The notes beneath the pieces were generated by a model, which saw only the letters and a list, made by a program, of their open reading frames with translations, was not told where the DNA came from and searched no databases. From the IMG/VR virus record IMGVR_UViG_3300020432_000008, positions 1-63,993 of that record: 63,993 nt of DNA, one strand, 5' to 3'. Shown here piece after piece: positions 55,876 to 63,993 of the stretch. A program made the translations under genes and the position numbers. How positions within the stretch are numbered: the first letter of the stretch is position 1; the number at the start of each line of letters is the position of its first letter. This stretch comes from a virus (Duplodnaviria; Caudoviricetes).

Positions 55876-56358
55876 TCAAATAAAATAATTAAAGTTAATC
55901 ACACACCTACGAAGTTCATCAGTTGGAGAGCAACCAGCATGTTTAGTATTTGAATTAAATACTACCATACGATTCGCTACACTGTCAACCTTTGTGCCAT
56001 CTTCAAATCGAGTATAACCATCATTACTATTTACATAGTAGATGGAAGTGATACAATCGTCAACGTCTGTGTGAAGATCATACTCTTGTCTCTCTGGTGT
56101 TCTCATATTTAGATTAGCCTTTATTCTCACTATTGAGACAGGTTCTAACTCATTTATGATAGGCATGAGATTGTAAAAGAACTGACTTCTAGGTTCAAAC
56201 TGTGCATAAAATACATGACAAAATTGATAATATCCGTCGTCAGGTGTATTCACACCTTTACCGAACTGCCATTGAAACGAAGAATCCTCCAACAAAGTAT
56301 TTTGGAGGATATCAAAGTCTTTTGGTTTTAGAAAATCATCAATTATTTTCAATTTCAT
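55876..56358 (-). CDS. 2OG-Fe(II) oxygenase
   Basis: HTD, YYVNSNDGYT, KHAG, RCVINFNY; paralogue of 17766..18287. Confidence 0.85.
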   Translation of the reverse strand: MKLKIIDDFLKPKDFDILQNTLLEDSSFQWQFGKGVNTPDDGYYQFCHVFYAQFEPRSQFFYNLMPIINELEPVSIVRIKANLNMRTPERQEYDLHTDVDDCITSIYYVNSNDGYTRFEDGTKVDSVANRMVVFNSNTKHAGCSPTDELRRCVINFNYFI

Positions 56359-56584
56359 CAGCTTCTTTAGTTAGTTCACTCACTAATTTCTCAGTTCCAT
56401 CCATCATCTTAATCTCAAACAGATTAGATTTCATATACTTTTTAATTTTCTTATATTTCTTCAATACTTTTTTATATTCCTCTTGATTAATCTCTACCTT
56501 ACCTTCTTTAGCATCACCAGAATATTTACTTCCAGCAACGTTTCTACCATCTCCCATAGGAGAAGAGCCGCTATACTCACCCAT
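56339..56584 (-). CDS. hypothetical protein
   Basis: GGAG RBS, operon context. Confidence 0.7.
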   Translation of the reverse strand: MGEYSGSSPMGDGRNVAGSKYSGDAKEGKVEINQEEYKKVLKKYKKIKKYMKSNLFEIKMMDGTEKLVSELTKEADEIENN

Positions 56585-56747
56585 TTAAGATGTCTCCTTC
56601 AAAGTTCATCATAGCAAGTAGAGTATCATAAGGAATCCATGCAGGGTTTTCATTTTCAAACTGCACTTCAACTTCCTTGACATTCTTTTGGTAAAATCTG
56701 TCATAAACAGTTCTTACATTTTTCACAACGCTCATAGGATTAATCAT
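56577..56747 (-). CDS. small hypothetical protein (56 aa)
   Basis: MINPMSVVKNVRTVYDRFYQKNVKEVEVQFENENPAWIPYDTL...; fills gap. Confidence 0.65.
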   Translation of the reverse strand: MINPMSVVKNVRTVYDRFYQKNVKEVEVQFENENPAWIPYDTLLAMMNFEGDILNG

Positions 56748-57034
56748 TTACGTTTCTGGTTTGGTTTTTTACTTGGAGAGGCTTTTTTCTCAGGTTCTGG
56801 ATTCCATAACTTAGGATTAACAATACCCTTTGTTTGTTTCCAACCTTTTAGACCTGTTTTGTACTTATCATAGTAGAAATCAAACATATCTGTTTGTTTC
56901 TGGCATGTTGCAATGTCATAGAAGGTCTTTTCCTCACCATTTTCCTTATCAACATATTCAATGAGATATGCTGTGTATGGTAGTTTTTTGTCCTCTGCTA
57001 ATTTAGGATCACACTTCTCGTGAAGTACTTTCAT
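56744..57034 (-). CDS. conserved cyanophage hypothetical protein
   Basis: LHEKCDP...LPYTAYLIEY...FDFYYDKY...NPKLW. Confidence 0.75.
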   Translation of the reverse strand: MKVLHEKCDPKLAEDKKLPYTAYLIEYVDKENGEEKTFYDIATCQKQTDMFDFYYDKYKTGLKGWKQTKGIVNPKLWNPEPEKKASPSKKPNQKRK

Positions 57035-57612
57035 TAGGATCTATTCCCCCATGTGATTTCTGGATATGCTTCTGCCACTAATTCCTTAGTGATATTGTAT
57101 TTTGTGTTTAGAGCTTTATCTTTTACAAGAACAAGAATCTCAGCCTCTGGTTGAGGTAGAGTCTGGAGAATATTAATGAATATACTCTCTCTTTTGATCT
57201 TATTTAAAGCATCATCACCACCTTTTACAAAACGATAGAATTGTCTTGCAGAATTACGAATGGTTGTTCTCTGAGGAACACCCTGTTCTCTAGATGCCTG
57301 TACATCACCTTCTACAGGTTGATATGGTACAGATCCTTCTGGAAGAACAGAGATAACCGACTCATCAAAGTTCCATATCATAACCATTTTGAAAGAATCG
57401 TCTCCATGAGTGCGGAGAATATCTAACTTTTTGGCTTTTACTTTCTCAGAATCAACTGCTTCTAAGATTTCATAAACCATAGGATTAGGTGGCAGTGTTT
57501 TCTTTTTAACTGTCACTGTCCTTGGTTTTTTGGTTGCTGTAGTAGATCTCTTACGAGTTGCGGTAGTTTTTCTACTCCTCGTCGTCGTCTTCTTCGCTGT
57601 TGTCATTTTCAA
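57034..57612 (-). CDS. conserved T4-like hypothetical protein (DUF6433-like)
   Basis: WNFD..V.SVLPEGSVPY...KRESIFI..L..L...EAE. Confidence 0.75.
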   Translation of the reverse strand: MKMTTAKKTTTRSRKTTATRKRSTTATKKPRTVTVKKKTLPPNPMVYEILEAVDSEKVKAKKLDILRTHGDDSFKMVMIWNFDESVISVLPEGSVPYQPVEGDVQASREQGVPQRTTIRNSARQFYRFVKGGDDALNKIKRESIFINILQTLPQPEAEILVLVKDKALNTKYNITKELVAEAYPEITWGNRS

Positions 57613-57802
57613 ACCTCAAGGCTACTATTTCATCGGGAATGATATTCCCATTTTCATCATACATCTCAGGATGAGAATACGCAACTTGACTCTGCATCTT
57701 GACGTAATTGTTTTGTTGGGCTAACCAGCCAATTATACCACCTAATATCAAAAATGTAAAGCACATCATACTGAATATTACAAGAATTACTGTTGTTTCC
57801 AT
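57572..57802 (-). CDS. small membrane protein
   Basis: N-terminal TM, HPEMYDENGN motif. Confidence 0.75.
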   Translation of the reverse strand: METTVILVIFSMMCFTFLILGGIIGWLAQQNNYVKMQSQVAYSHPEMYDENGNIIPDEIVALRFENDNSEEDDDEE

Positions 57803-57818
57803 TGGATTCCTCCCAAGG

Positions 57819-57968
57819 CTAATTACTGGTTTTCTTTTTTATATCCAACGATAATCTAAATTCTCTACCAAATAGGGAGAGTTTAATATCGAAGAACTTT
57901 GGTGTTTGTTTTGGTTTGGGTTGCCTCTCTCCTCTGAGTATAAGTTCTATGCCCTTATTTATGTCCAT
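57819..57968 (-). CDS. small hypothetical protein (49 aa)
   Basis: MDINKGIELILRGE...SLFGREF; fills gap. Confidence 0.6.
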   Translation of the reverse strand: MDINKGIELILRGERQPKPKQTPKFFDIKLSLFGREFRLSLDIKKKTSN

Positions 57969-57972
57969 GTCA

Positions 57973-58218
57973 CTAGGTATCATTACTGTAAACCCTATGT
58001 TCTTTTAGATATTTTAAGGTTTGGTTTGCATCACCAATAACCTTATCATCCATCATAACTTGAGGTAAGGCAATGACATTGGGGAACTTGGCTTCAAATT
58101 CTTCTGTAGTATAGTCTTTGTCTAGTTCCTTATACACATAAGGTCTACCTAACATCTCAAACACGGTTTTTACCTGATAACATCGAGGGCATTCTTTTTT
58201 TCCGTATATTGTAAACAT
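57973..58218 (-). CDS. nrdC: glutaredoxin
   Basis: CPRC active site, LPQV, IG. Confidence 0.88.
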   Translation of the reverse strand: MFTIYGKKECPRCYQVKTVFEMLGRPYVYKELDKDYTTEEFEAKFPNVIALPQVMMDDKVIGDANQTLKYLKEHRVYSNDT

Positions 58219-58220
58219 AA

Positions 58221-58535
58221 TTAATACCTAATTACTTTTATTTTGTGCCACTCAAAGTCAAAAACTAATAAACTTCCGAGTGTATCTTCATTATAGCATA
58301 CTGTAAAATATGTAGAAAGCTTTCTACCGTCTAATCCTCTGTTGGGTGTGTCTCCTATAAAAAGAACCCGACCTTCTAGTGGTTTACCACCTAAGACTTC
58401 GGGCACACTGACTATAGAACCTTCACGGATTGCCACAGTTCTCTCTGTATCTAAGAAAACTTTCTTCGATTCCTCTGGTATCGGTTTTACCTTGCGATAC
58501 CCACAAGTGACAGAATTCGTAGAGGTGACGGACAT
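58221..58535 (-). CDS. hypothetical protein (true start probably near 58436)
   Basis: ORF track; 5' part overlaps the next gene. Confidence 0.5.
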   Translation of the reverse strand: MSVTSTNSVTCGYRKVKPIPEESKKVFLDTERTVAIREGSIVSVPEVLGGKPLEGRVLFIGDTPNRGLDGRKLSTYFTVCYNEDTLGSLLVFDFEWHKIKVIRY

Positions 58536-58620
58536 TTTCGAGAGTGTTGAATTGTTTTAAGGAAAGAAATGCTTGTTGGCGTATTGCCATACGTTCATCA
58601 CGATATCTTAAATCATTCAT
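58423..58620 (-). CDS. hypothetical protein
   Basis: start MNDLRY; LYEFCHLWV motif. Confidence 0.65.
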   Translation of the reverse strand: MNDLRYRDERMAIRQQAFLSLKQFNTLENVRHLYEFCHLWVSQGKTDTRGIEESFLRYRENCGNP

Positions 58621-58831
58621 CTTTCTCTTGTTCCTTCTCCATCCTATCAATAGCAGTGTTCATCTTATCAAATAGACAATCTGTTGCTTGAATATTATCT
58701 AAATGAGCGATTATACTACCAAGTTCCCTTACAATGTAAGGTTTCTCTACTCTCGCTGCAAAAGCAAGTGCATCACGAAGATGGATTTCTGCCTTTTTGA
58801 GACTTTCTGAGGTTTGTTCTGATAATGCCAT
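58613..58831 (-). CDS. hypothetical protein
   Basis: MALSEQ...LRDALAFAAR; TAATG-coupled to talC. Confidence 0.7.
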   Translation of the reverse strand: MALSEQTSESLKKAEIHLRDALAFAARVEKPYIVRELGSIIAHLDNIQATDCLFDKMNTAIDRMEKEQEKDE

Positions 58832-59481
58832 TAGTCTTTCTTGATTGAGTTCCAATCGTCTTGGAATAATTGTAATCCCTTGTCGGTCAGAATGTGATTG
58901 TACATCTTGCCAAATATAGCAGGGGGCATGGTAACAACGTCTGCTCCCACTGAGAAACAATCTGCAACATCTTTCACATTTCTGAGTGATGCAGCAAGAA
59001 CTTGAGTTCTTGACAGGTGTTCTCTATATAGTTTCGCAATGTCTCCAACTAGACCTAAACCATCAAATGAATTATCATCAACTCTTCCTACAAATGGTGA
59101 AATATATGTAGCTCCTGCCTTTGATGCTAGTATTGCCTGTGCAACTGAGAAACATAGTGTTACGTTCACAGTAAATCCATCACTTGACAATAATTTACAT
59201 GCTTTTAAACCTTCTACTGTTAGTGGCACTTTGATGGTCACGTTCTGCATATCTTTGAACGCTTGTGCCTGATTTACCATTTCAAGAGCTTCATCTGCAA
59301 CCACCTCTGCGGATATGGATTCAAAGAATGGGAACTCACCCGATATCTTTTTAATTGTCTCTACTGGATCTCCACCACTCTTGAGTATTAATGATGGGTT
59401 TGTTGTCACACCGTCAATAAGACCTGTTTGATTAAACTTATAGATGTCTTCAAATACGGCAGTATCAAGAAAGATTTTCAT
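58831..59481 (-). CDS. talC: transaldolase
   Basis: MKIFLDTA, DGVTTNPSL, IKVP, NVTLCFS, YISPFVGR. Confidence 0.95.
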   Translation of the reverse strand: MKIFLDTAVFEDIYKFNQTGLIDGVTTNPSLILKSGGDPVETIKKISGEFPFFESISAEVVADEALEMVNQAQAFKDMQNVTIKVPLTVEGLKACKLLSSDGFTVNVTLCFSVAQAILASKAGATYISPFVGRVDDNSFDGLGLVGDIAKLYREHLSRTQVLAASLRNVKDVADCFSVGADVVTMPPAIFGKMYNHILTDKGLQLFQDDWNSIKKD

Positions 59482-59735
59482 TTTTTGGTTTTTTGTTCGC
59501 TTTTTTAATAAGTTTGGCGTAGAGTACGTCTTCTCTAGTATAGAGGTTGGGATTGGACTTTGCAACTTTTATTAACCTCTTTGCTACTTTTCTTTGGGAT
59601 TCAACACACATTTATCGTTTTTTCGTATCATTACTTTACTATTTAGCACAGGAGATAAGTAAAAATACGCACTGGACTCAGAAGGAAAAGATTTTCTTAA
59701 CTTTCTGACCATGAGGAGTTGTTTATCAAGCAGAC

Positions 59736-60002
59736 TCATTTAGCCTTTGCTTGTATCAGTTTTGCAGTTTCTATTTCATCGCTTTCATCTGCATTTGTAT
59801 GATGAGTCACTTCCTTCAATGTTTTCAAATACTCTATAACATGTTCTCTAATCTCCATAAGTTCATCGAAACAACCCTGATTATGAGCGCAACCACGGAG
59901 GTCAGGATCTGGTTTATAAACCGATTCAGTAAAGAGATCGAGTGCTCTTTGATACTTTACAGAGTTTGATTCTTCTGTTCTTATTGAGTTTTGATCGTGC
60001 AT
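59736..60002 (-). CDS. conserved cyanophage hypothetical protein
   Basis: RALDLFTESV.KPD..LRGCAHNQ. Confidence 0.75.
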   Translation of the reverse strand: MHDQNSIRTEESNSVKYQRALDLFTESVYKPDPDLRGCAHNQGCFDELMEIREHVIEYLKTLKEVTHHTNADESDEIETAKLIQAKAK

Positions 60003-60004
60003 GA

Positions 60005-60301
60005 TTATTCTAAAGGAGGAGCGGAGGCTTTTTCGGTACAGAATCTGTCCGCACCTGTAACTATCTTAATTTGTTCGATAGTTAGCCATTGTTTTTCTGA
60101 TTCATCACAAAGGTAGGCAATTTTCTTATTCTGTATATCTATCTGTTCTAAAAGATACTGTATAGTATGTTCCAAAGTTTGTTTGTTACCATCAGCGTCC
60201 TGTAGAAAGATACGATAAGAAGTGCGAAATTTACGAACTAAATGCACTCTTAATATAACATAGAGGACCAAATTGGTCAAGATAATAAAGAAAACTGTCA
60301 T
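60005..60301 (-). CDS. hypothetical protein with N-terminal TM
   Basis: ATGA-coupled to ho1. Confidence 0.65.
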   Translation of the reverse strand: MTVFFIILTNLVLYVILRVHLVRKFRTSYRIFLQDADGNKQTLEHTIQYLLEQIDIQNKKIAYLCDESEKQWLTIEQIKIVTGADRFCTEKASAPPLE

Positions 60302-60993
60302 TTTTTAGATTTAAGAGATCTCCATGTAAATTGGAGAAGAGCTTTCATAGTAGAAAGTAACGGAAATGGTCTACTTGCACCAATTTCATCAAAAACATCC
60401 ATGTTCAACTTAAACGCATAGTTAGCTTCGTTAATAATTAGTTCACCATCAGACCAAGTGATAGGAAGATTATCTAAAGCTGTTCTATATCTGTTTTTGA
60501 AGTTGCCTGGATTGGATATTCCTTCAAATTCATAAAAAGCAAGTCCTTCTCCATTTAGGTTCATTGCTTTATTTGCAATATTCTTCAATATTTGACCACC
60601 AGACAAGTCACCGAGATAACGTGTATAATGATGTCCTACTAAGAACTTAGCATTGATCTTTTTGACTCTCTTGACGTAATTTTTACAGGCATCTGTAGGA
60701 GAAATAGTGTTTTTCCAGTTTTCTCCCCAATAAAACTCACAATCCTTTTCGAGAGCAGGCACACGTTTGAGTTCATCAAACGCTATAGGTGCGATAAAAG
60801 GATCATCTTTAAATTTCTCTACTTGTTCCTCAAGAGCAGTGTATATAAAGTAAAAGTCTGCAATAAGTTGTTTATAACTCTCTTTACTTACCACACCAGC
60901 GAGAAAATTGGTAACAAACCCTGTATTCTCTGCCATTGAGTGGGATTTAGAGGTGTCCTTCTTTATTTTTTTAGAAAATGTGGTTAAAGTCAT
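60298..60993 (-). CDS. ho1: heme oxygenase
   Basis: HSMAENTGF, HHYTRYLGDLSGGQIL, EANYAF.LN. Confidence 0.95.
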   Translation of the reverse strand: MTLTTFSKKIKKDTSKSHSMAENTGFVTNFLAGVVSKESYKQLIADFYFIYTALEEQVEKFKDDPFIAPIAFDELKRVPALEKDCEFYWGENWKNTISPTDACKNYVKRVKKINAKFLVGHHYTRYLGDLSGGQILKNIANKAMNLNGEGLAFYEFEGISNPGNFKNRYRTALDNLPITWSDGELIINEANYAFKLNMDVFDEIGASRPFPLLSTMKALLQFTWRSLKSKK

Positions 60994-60997
60994 AATT

Positions 60998-61186
60998 TCA
61001 TTCTACATCAGTTTTGTCTTTTCGTCTAGGGGGATGAAGAGATTCATCTATTGCTGGATGAAAAGAATATTCATTATTCCATTTGTATGGTGTGTTGTTT
61101 AATTCGTGTTTTTTGTCTTTTATAAAGCCATCTAGGACTTTTTCGGCAAGTGATTTAATTTTCTTTAGCATCGAGATAATCCACAA
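60998..61186 (-). CDS. hypothetical protein
   Basis: ORF track; start uncertain. Confidence 0.45.
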   Translation of the reverse strand: MWIISMLKKIKSLAEKVLDGFIKDKKHELNNTPYKWNNEYSFHPAIDESLHPPRRKDKTDVE

Positions 61187-61625
61187 ATAAAATACCTTCT
61201 AAATGGTCAATTTCGTGCTGAACCACTCTGGCAGCGATACCATCTAGTTTCCATTTCTTATATTTACCATCTTTATTTTGGAATGTTACTTTTATTGACT
61301 TAGAACGTGAAACTTCCCCATTTTGGTCTGGTACACTCAAACACCCTTCATCTAATAATACCTTTTCTTCGCTTTTCCACGTTATTTTGGGATTTACCAT
61401 CAAATGAGCATATTTTCCATGTTCTTCTGTAGACTCATCTACTATAATAACTCTTTTATTAATACCTATCTGTGGTGCAGCTAAACCAATACCATCTGCC
61501 ATCCACATCGCTTGACACATCTCTGCATGGAGTTTTTCCATCTCATCTTTGTCAAATTCGACTTCTTCTGACTTTTGCCTTAGGCATCTGTCACCAATAG
61601 TTTTAATCTTCTTCGGGGAAATCAT
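61155..61625 (-). CDS. def: peptide deformylase
   Basis: GIGLAAPQIG, EGCLS, QHEIDHLEG. Confidence 0.96.
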   Translation of the reverse strand: MISPKKIKTIGDRCLRQKSEEVEFDKDEMEKLHAEMCQAMWMADGIGLAAPQIGINKRVIIVDESTEEHGKYAHLMVNPKITWKSEEKVLLDEGCLSVPDQNGEVSRSKSIKVTFQNKDGKYKKWKLDGIAARVVQHEIDHLEGILFVDYLDAKEN

Positions 61626-61717
61626 AAGGTCCGTTTAATTTACGTTCGTGGTCTCTTTCATCTAATACCTCATTTATAAGGGATTTTAGTTCCTCTTTTA
61701 GAGCATCTGAGATAAGA

Positions 61718-61864
61718 TTAGTCATCATGGTCATCCCAAGGGTCATTTAATCCTTCATTTGCGAAGAATCCTTTATATACGCCATATCCAGCTAAAATAA
61801 AAGTAATAACTGCTATTGATATGGGAAATGTGATGTTTGGGTCAAATGTGTAATGTGGAATCAT
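61718..61864 (-). CDS. psbN: PsbN-like small membrane protein (48 aa, below ORF-track cutoff)
   Basis: MIPHYTFDPNITFPISIAVITFILAGYGVYKGFFANEGLNDPWDDHDD; TM + GYxxYxxF + LxDP(W/F)xxHxD. Confidence 0.7.
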   Translation of the reverse strand: MIPHYTFDPNITFPISIAVITFILAGYGVYKGFFANEGLNDPWDDHDD

Positions 61865-62088
61865 TTTCTAATAATAATAACGTCATCTTCATCATCGTCT
61901 TCTGGTTTAAAGACTAAAAGTTCTTCCCCAGATTTTATGTCTTCCATTTCTGGGTGTACATTTCTTCTAGTGATAGGTTTGTTTATAGATTCTATTGATA
62001 CCGTAGTCATTTTCCACATAAAGGCAAATGTCGCCCCAGCAATAGCAAAAAAGAAAATGCCGTATATTAATATTGTAAAATCATTCAT
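61861..62088 (-). CDS. DUF2973-like small membrane protein
   Basis: TM, HPEM...GEELLVF. Confidence 0.7.
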   Translation of the reverse strand: MNDFTILIYGIFFFAIAGATFAFMWKMTTVSIESINKPITRRNVHPEMEDIKSGEELLVFKPEDDDEDDVIIIRK

Positions 62089-62540
62089 CTAAAACCTGAT
62101 TGTAGTATTTTTTGTATTGGTATTTGTTTTATCTTATCTATAACATCTGCCTCTACCTTGTCTACAACTTTATCCAATAGGTCAATATCAATCTCCATGA
62201 ACGGAGGAACGATACCTAACAATCGAAGTAAACCATCTACAAATAAAGCAAGAGTTGTGAATCCGAGAATCATAGAAATTACTGTTGCATCTCTATTATG
62301 TTTCTTCATTGACTCTTCATCAATCTTTCTCGCCTCGTCTATAGCATATTTAATTAGTTCATCTACTTCTGCCTTCGTATATGTATCCCTTCTTGGTTTA
62401 TATGCGTCAGAAAGTGGAAGATCAAATAGCTGACCCTGTAGGACAGAAAAATACCCGAATTTTTTTTGCAGCTTTTTTGGTTTTAAAAGCTGATTTTCGT
62501 TTTGGCTAGTACCTGTCTGGGATTTTGTCATAAGATTCAC
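62085..62540 (-). CDS. conserved cyanophage membrane protein (start uncertain)
   Basis: HNRDATVISMILGF...FVDGLLRLLGIVPPF. Confidence 0.7.
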   Translation of the reverse strand: MNLMTKSQTGTSQNENQLLKPKKLQKKFGYFSVLQGQLFDLPLSDAYKPRRDTYTKAEVDELIKYAIDEARKIDEESMKKHNRDATVISMILGFTTLALFVDGLLRLLGIVPPFMEIDIDLLDKVVDKVEADVIDKIKQIPIQKILQSGFR

Positions 62541-62814
62541 GATAGTCGAGTGGTTTCGCTTGTCGGATACAACCTACTGCTTTTTTAAAGCAAAGTGAAT
62601 TGAATTCACCTTGTACTCCGATTAACTTTATGATTTCATATTGAGAATTAGTCTCAACATGTTCTACTAGGTATGTATTCCCTTTTATCAGTTCAGATGA
62701 GGGAATATCAGCTCCTCCTGACTTCAAATATTCAGAAGTGTTACCTATGTAACGAACTTGATCGCCTATCTTCATTATCCGTGAGGATTGTAATACGTCA
62801 CTAACACTAAGCAT
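62506..62814 (-). CDS. hypothetical protein (probable start MKIGDQV)
   Basis: ORF downstream of promoter at 62876-62904. Confidence 0.6.
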   Translation of the reverse strand: MLSVSDVLQSSRIMKIGDQVRYIGNTSEYLKSGGADIPSSELIKGNTYLVEHVETNSQYEIIKLIGVQGEFNSLCFKKAVGCIRQAKPLDYRESYDKIPDRY

Positions 62815-62875
62815 ATAAAAATGATTAGTAATATTGCAAAAAATGTAATTACCATGATATTGAAAGATTACTTAT

Positions 62876-62904
62876 ACTATATCTTCCTCTACATCATTTG
62901 TCAA
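62876..62904 (-). promoter_or_regulatory. sigma70 promoter
   Basis: TTGACA-N17-TATAGT. Confidence 0.7.
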
Positions 62905-63029
62905 GGGTAATCCTAGAGTTTTATACTCCAATTGCTCCCTGAGAAATAATATCTCTTGTTTTAGCTTTTCGTTCTCTTTTTCTAAGAACTCGCAATGCTC
63001 TGCGTAAATGATAATACTCATATGTAATG

Positions 63030-63058
63030 CAAAACCCACCTTGCGGTGGGTCTTTTAG
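63030..63058. terminator. intrinsic terminator
   Basis: AAAACCCACC-TTGC-GGTGGGTCTTTT. Confidence 0.75.
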
Positions 63059-63075
63059 GGTTCATTGTTTTAATG

Positions 63076-63237
63076 TTATCTTAAGATTTCGGTACATACT
63101 TTTCTACAGTAATTGTCATTGCAATCTATCATGCAGTCAAAGTATTCGTCGATTAGTTGATCTTGAGAGAATTCAAGATTGTAGTCGTCGTGATGAATCC
63201 ATTCTGCCATTTGATTACTTGACATCCTGTTTTTCAT
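63076..63237 (-). CDS. small four-Cys protein (53 aa)
   Basis: TAAGGAGG RBS; MKNRMSSNQMAEW...EYFDCMIDCNDNYCRKVCTEILR; late promoter upstream, terminator downstream. Confidence 0.75.
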   Translation of the reverse strand: MKNRMSSNQMAEWIHHDDYNLEFSQDQLIDEYFDCMIDCNDNYCRKVCTEILR

Positions 63238-63508
63238 ACTTCCTCCTTAGAACTTGGGGCCTTGACATAATAAAGAAAACCTTCATTTCATCGTTCTGTC
63301 CTTAATTCTACCACTATTTAGATGCCTTGATCCCCACTCTGTCAGGATCTTAACACTCTGTAGTTAGGAAAAACTACTCATTTAGTCTTCCATTTCATAC
63401 ATCATAATCAGGAAGGCCGCACTGATGGCAACCGTTGTTGACAATGCAATGATTGCCGTATGTACTACGTCCACAAAATTTACTTAACATAACGTAATAT
63501 TTATGTCA

Positions 63509-63993
63509 CTATTTCCCTATCCTCTCTACAGCAGCTCTTGACTTCTCAAGAATCTCACCCTTAAGAGGAACGAATCCTAGTGTAGGTGCTTTATCCTGAT
63601 ACTCATCACTCAATAGAGTTGATAGAGATGTCTTGATTGCCTTTGTGTTTCTACCGTTGCCTTCTTCATATGCAAGAATCCAAGTTAGAGATGCAATAGG
63701 ATATGCTCCTGCTGCTGTTGGGTTAGGGTTCTTACCAGCAAGGTTCTCATCAAGAGTGATACCATTAAGTGCCTTTGCTCCTGCTTCAACAGATGGTTTT
63801 AGAAACTCACCGTTTAAGTTTTGGAGTGCAGCAGCAACAATGTTACCTTTGATGTATGACTGGTTTACATAACCGATAGCACCAGGTGTGTTTGAAATCA
63901 CACCAGCAACACCAGCATTACCTTTTCCACCAACTCCAGCAGGCCAAGCAACTGACTTACCAGTTCCTAGTGTCCATGTAGGAGAGAATGCTT
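63509..63993 (-). CDS. pstS: phosphate ABC transporter substrate-binding protein, 3' part (truncated by window)
   Basis: GKGNAGVAG, GAIGYV, LQNLNGEF, AYPIASLTWIL, GFVPL. Confidence 0.93.
   Translation of the reverse strand, partial: AFSPTWTLGTGKSVAWPAGVGGKGNAGVAGVISNTPGAIGYVNQSYIKGNIVAAALQNLNGEFLKPSVEAGAKALNGITLDENLAGKNPNPTAAGAYPIASLTWILAYEEGNGRNTKAIKTSLSTLLSDEYQDKAPTLGFVPLKGEILEKSRAAVERIGK

Overview
A 64-kb slice of a T4-like cyanomyovirus genome (Kyanoviridae-type). The host is probably marine Prochlorococcus or Synechococcus, inferred from the auxiliary genes and the tmRNA type. Almost all genes are on the minus strand. (1) 1-15.7 kb is a hyperplastic early region of small, mostly acidic ORFans. 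It is punctuated by about 19 copies of a promoter cassette: TGTGCCA-N10-TGGCACA-like palindrome, sigma70 -35/-10, and an AACAAAC(A) leader. Several promoter-driven structured non-coding RNAs also lie here. (2) 15.7-37 kb holds many 2OG-Fe(II) oxygenases, a GIY-YIG/ParB-like fusion, a glycine-rich adhesin, a 2336-aa fibre protein and a circularly permuted (two-piece) tmRNA gene. (3) 37-51 kb is the baseplate/tail module (gp5, gp51, gp26, gp54-like, gp4, gp2, gp48, gp53) with cp12. (4) 51-64 kb holds replication and auxiliary metabolic genes (gp32, gp33, exonuclease, phoH, thyX, nrdC, talC, ho1, def, psbN-like, partial pstS). The two best leads are both absent from the ORF track. One is a ~47-nt promoter-and-terminator-bounded sRNA (15411-15457) whose loop is the reverse complement of the leader/RBS shared by the early genes, a candidate multi-target early-gene shut-off system. 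The other is a phage two-piece tmRNA with an unusually long, non-AA-ending tag. All family calls are by eye from motifs and synteny; no searches were run.
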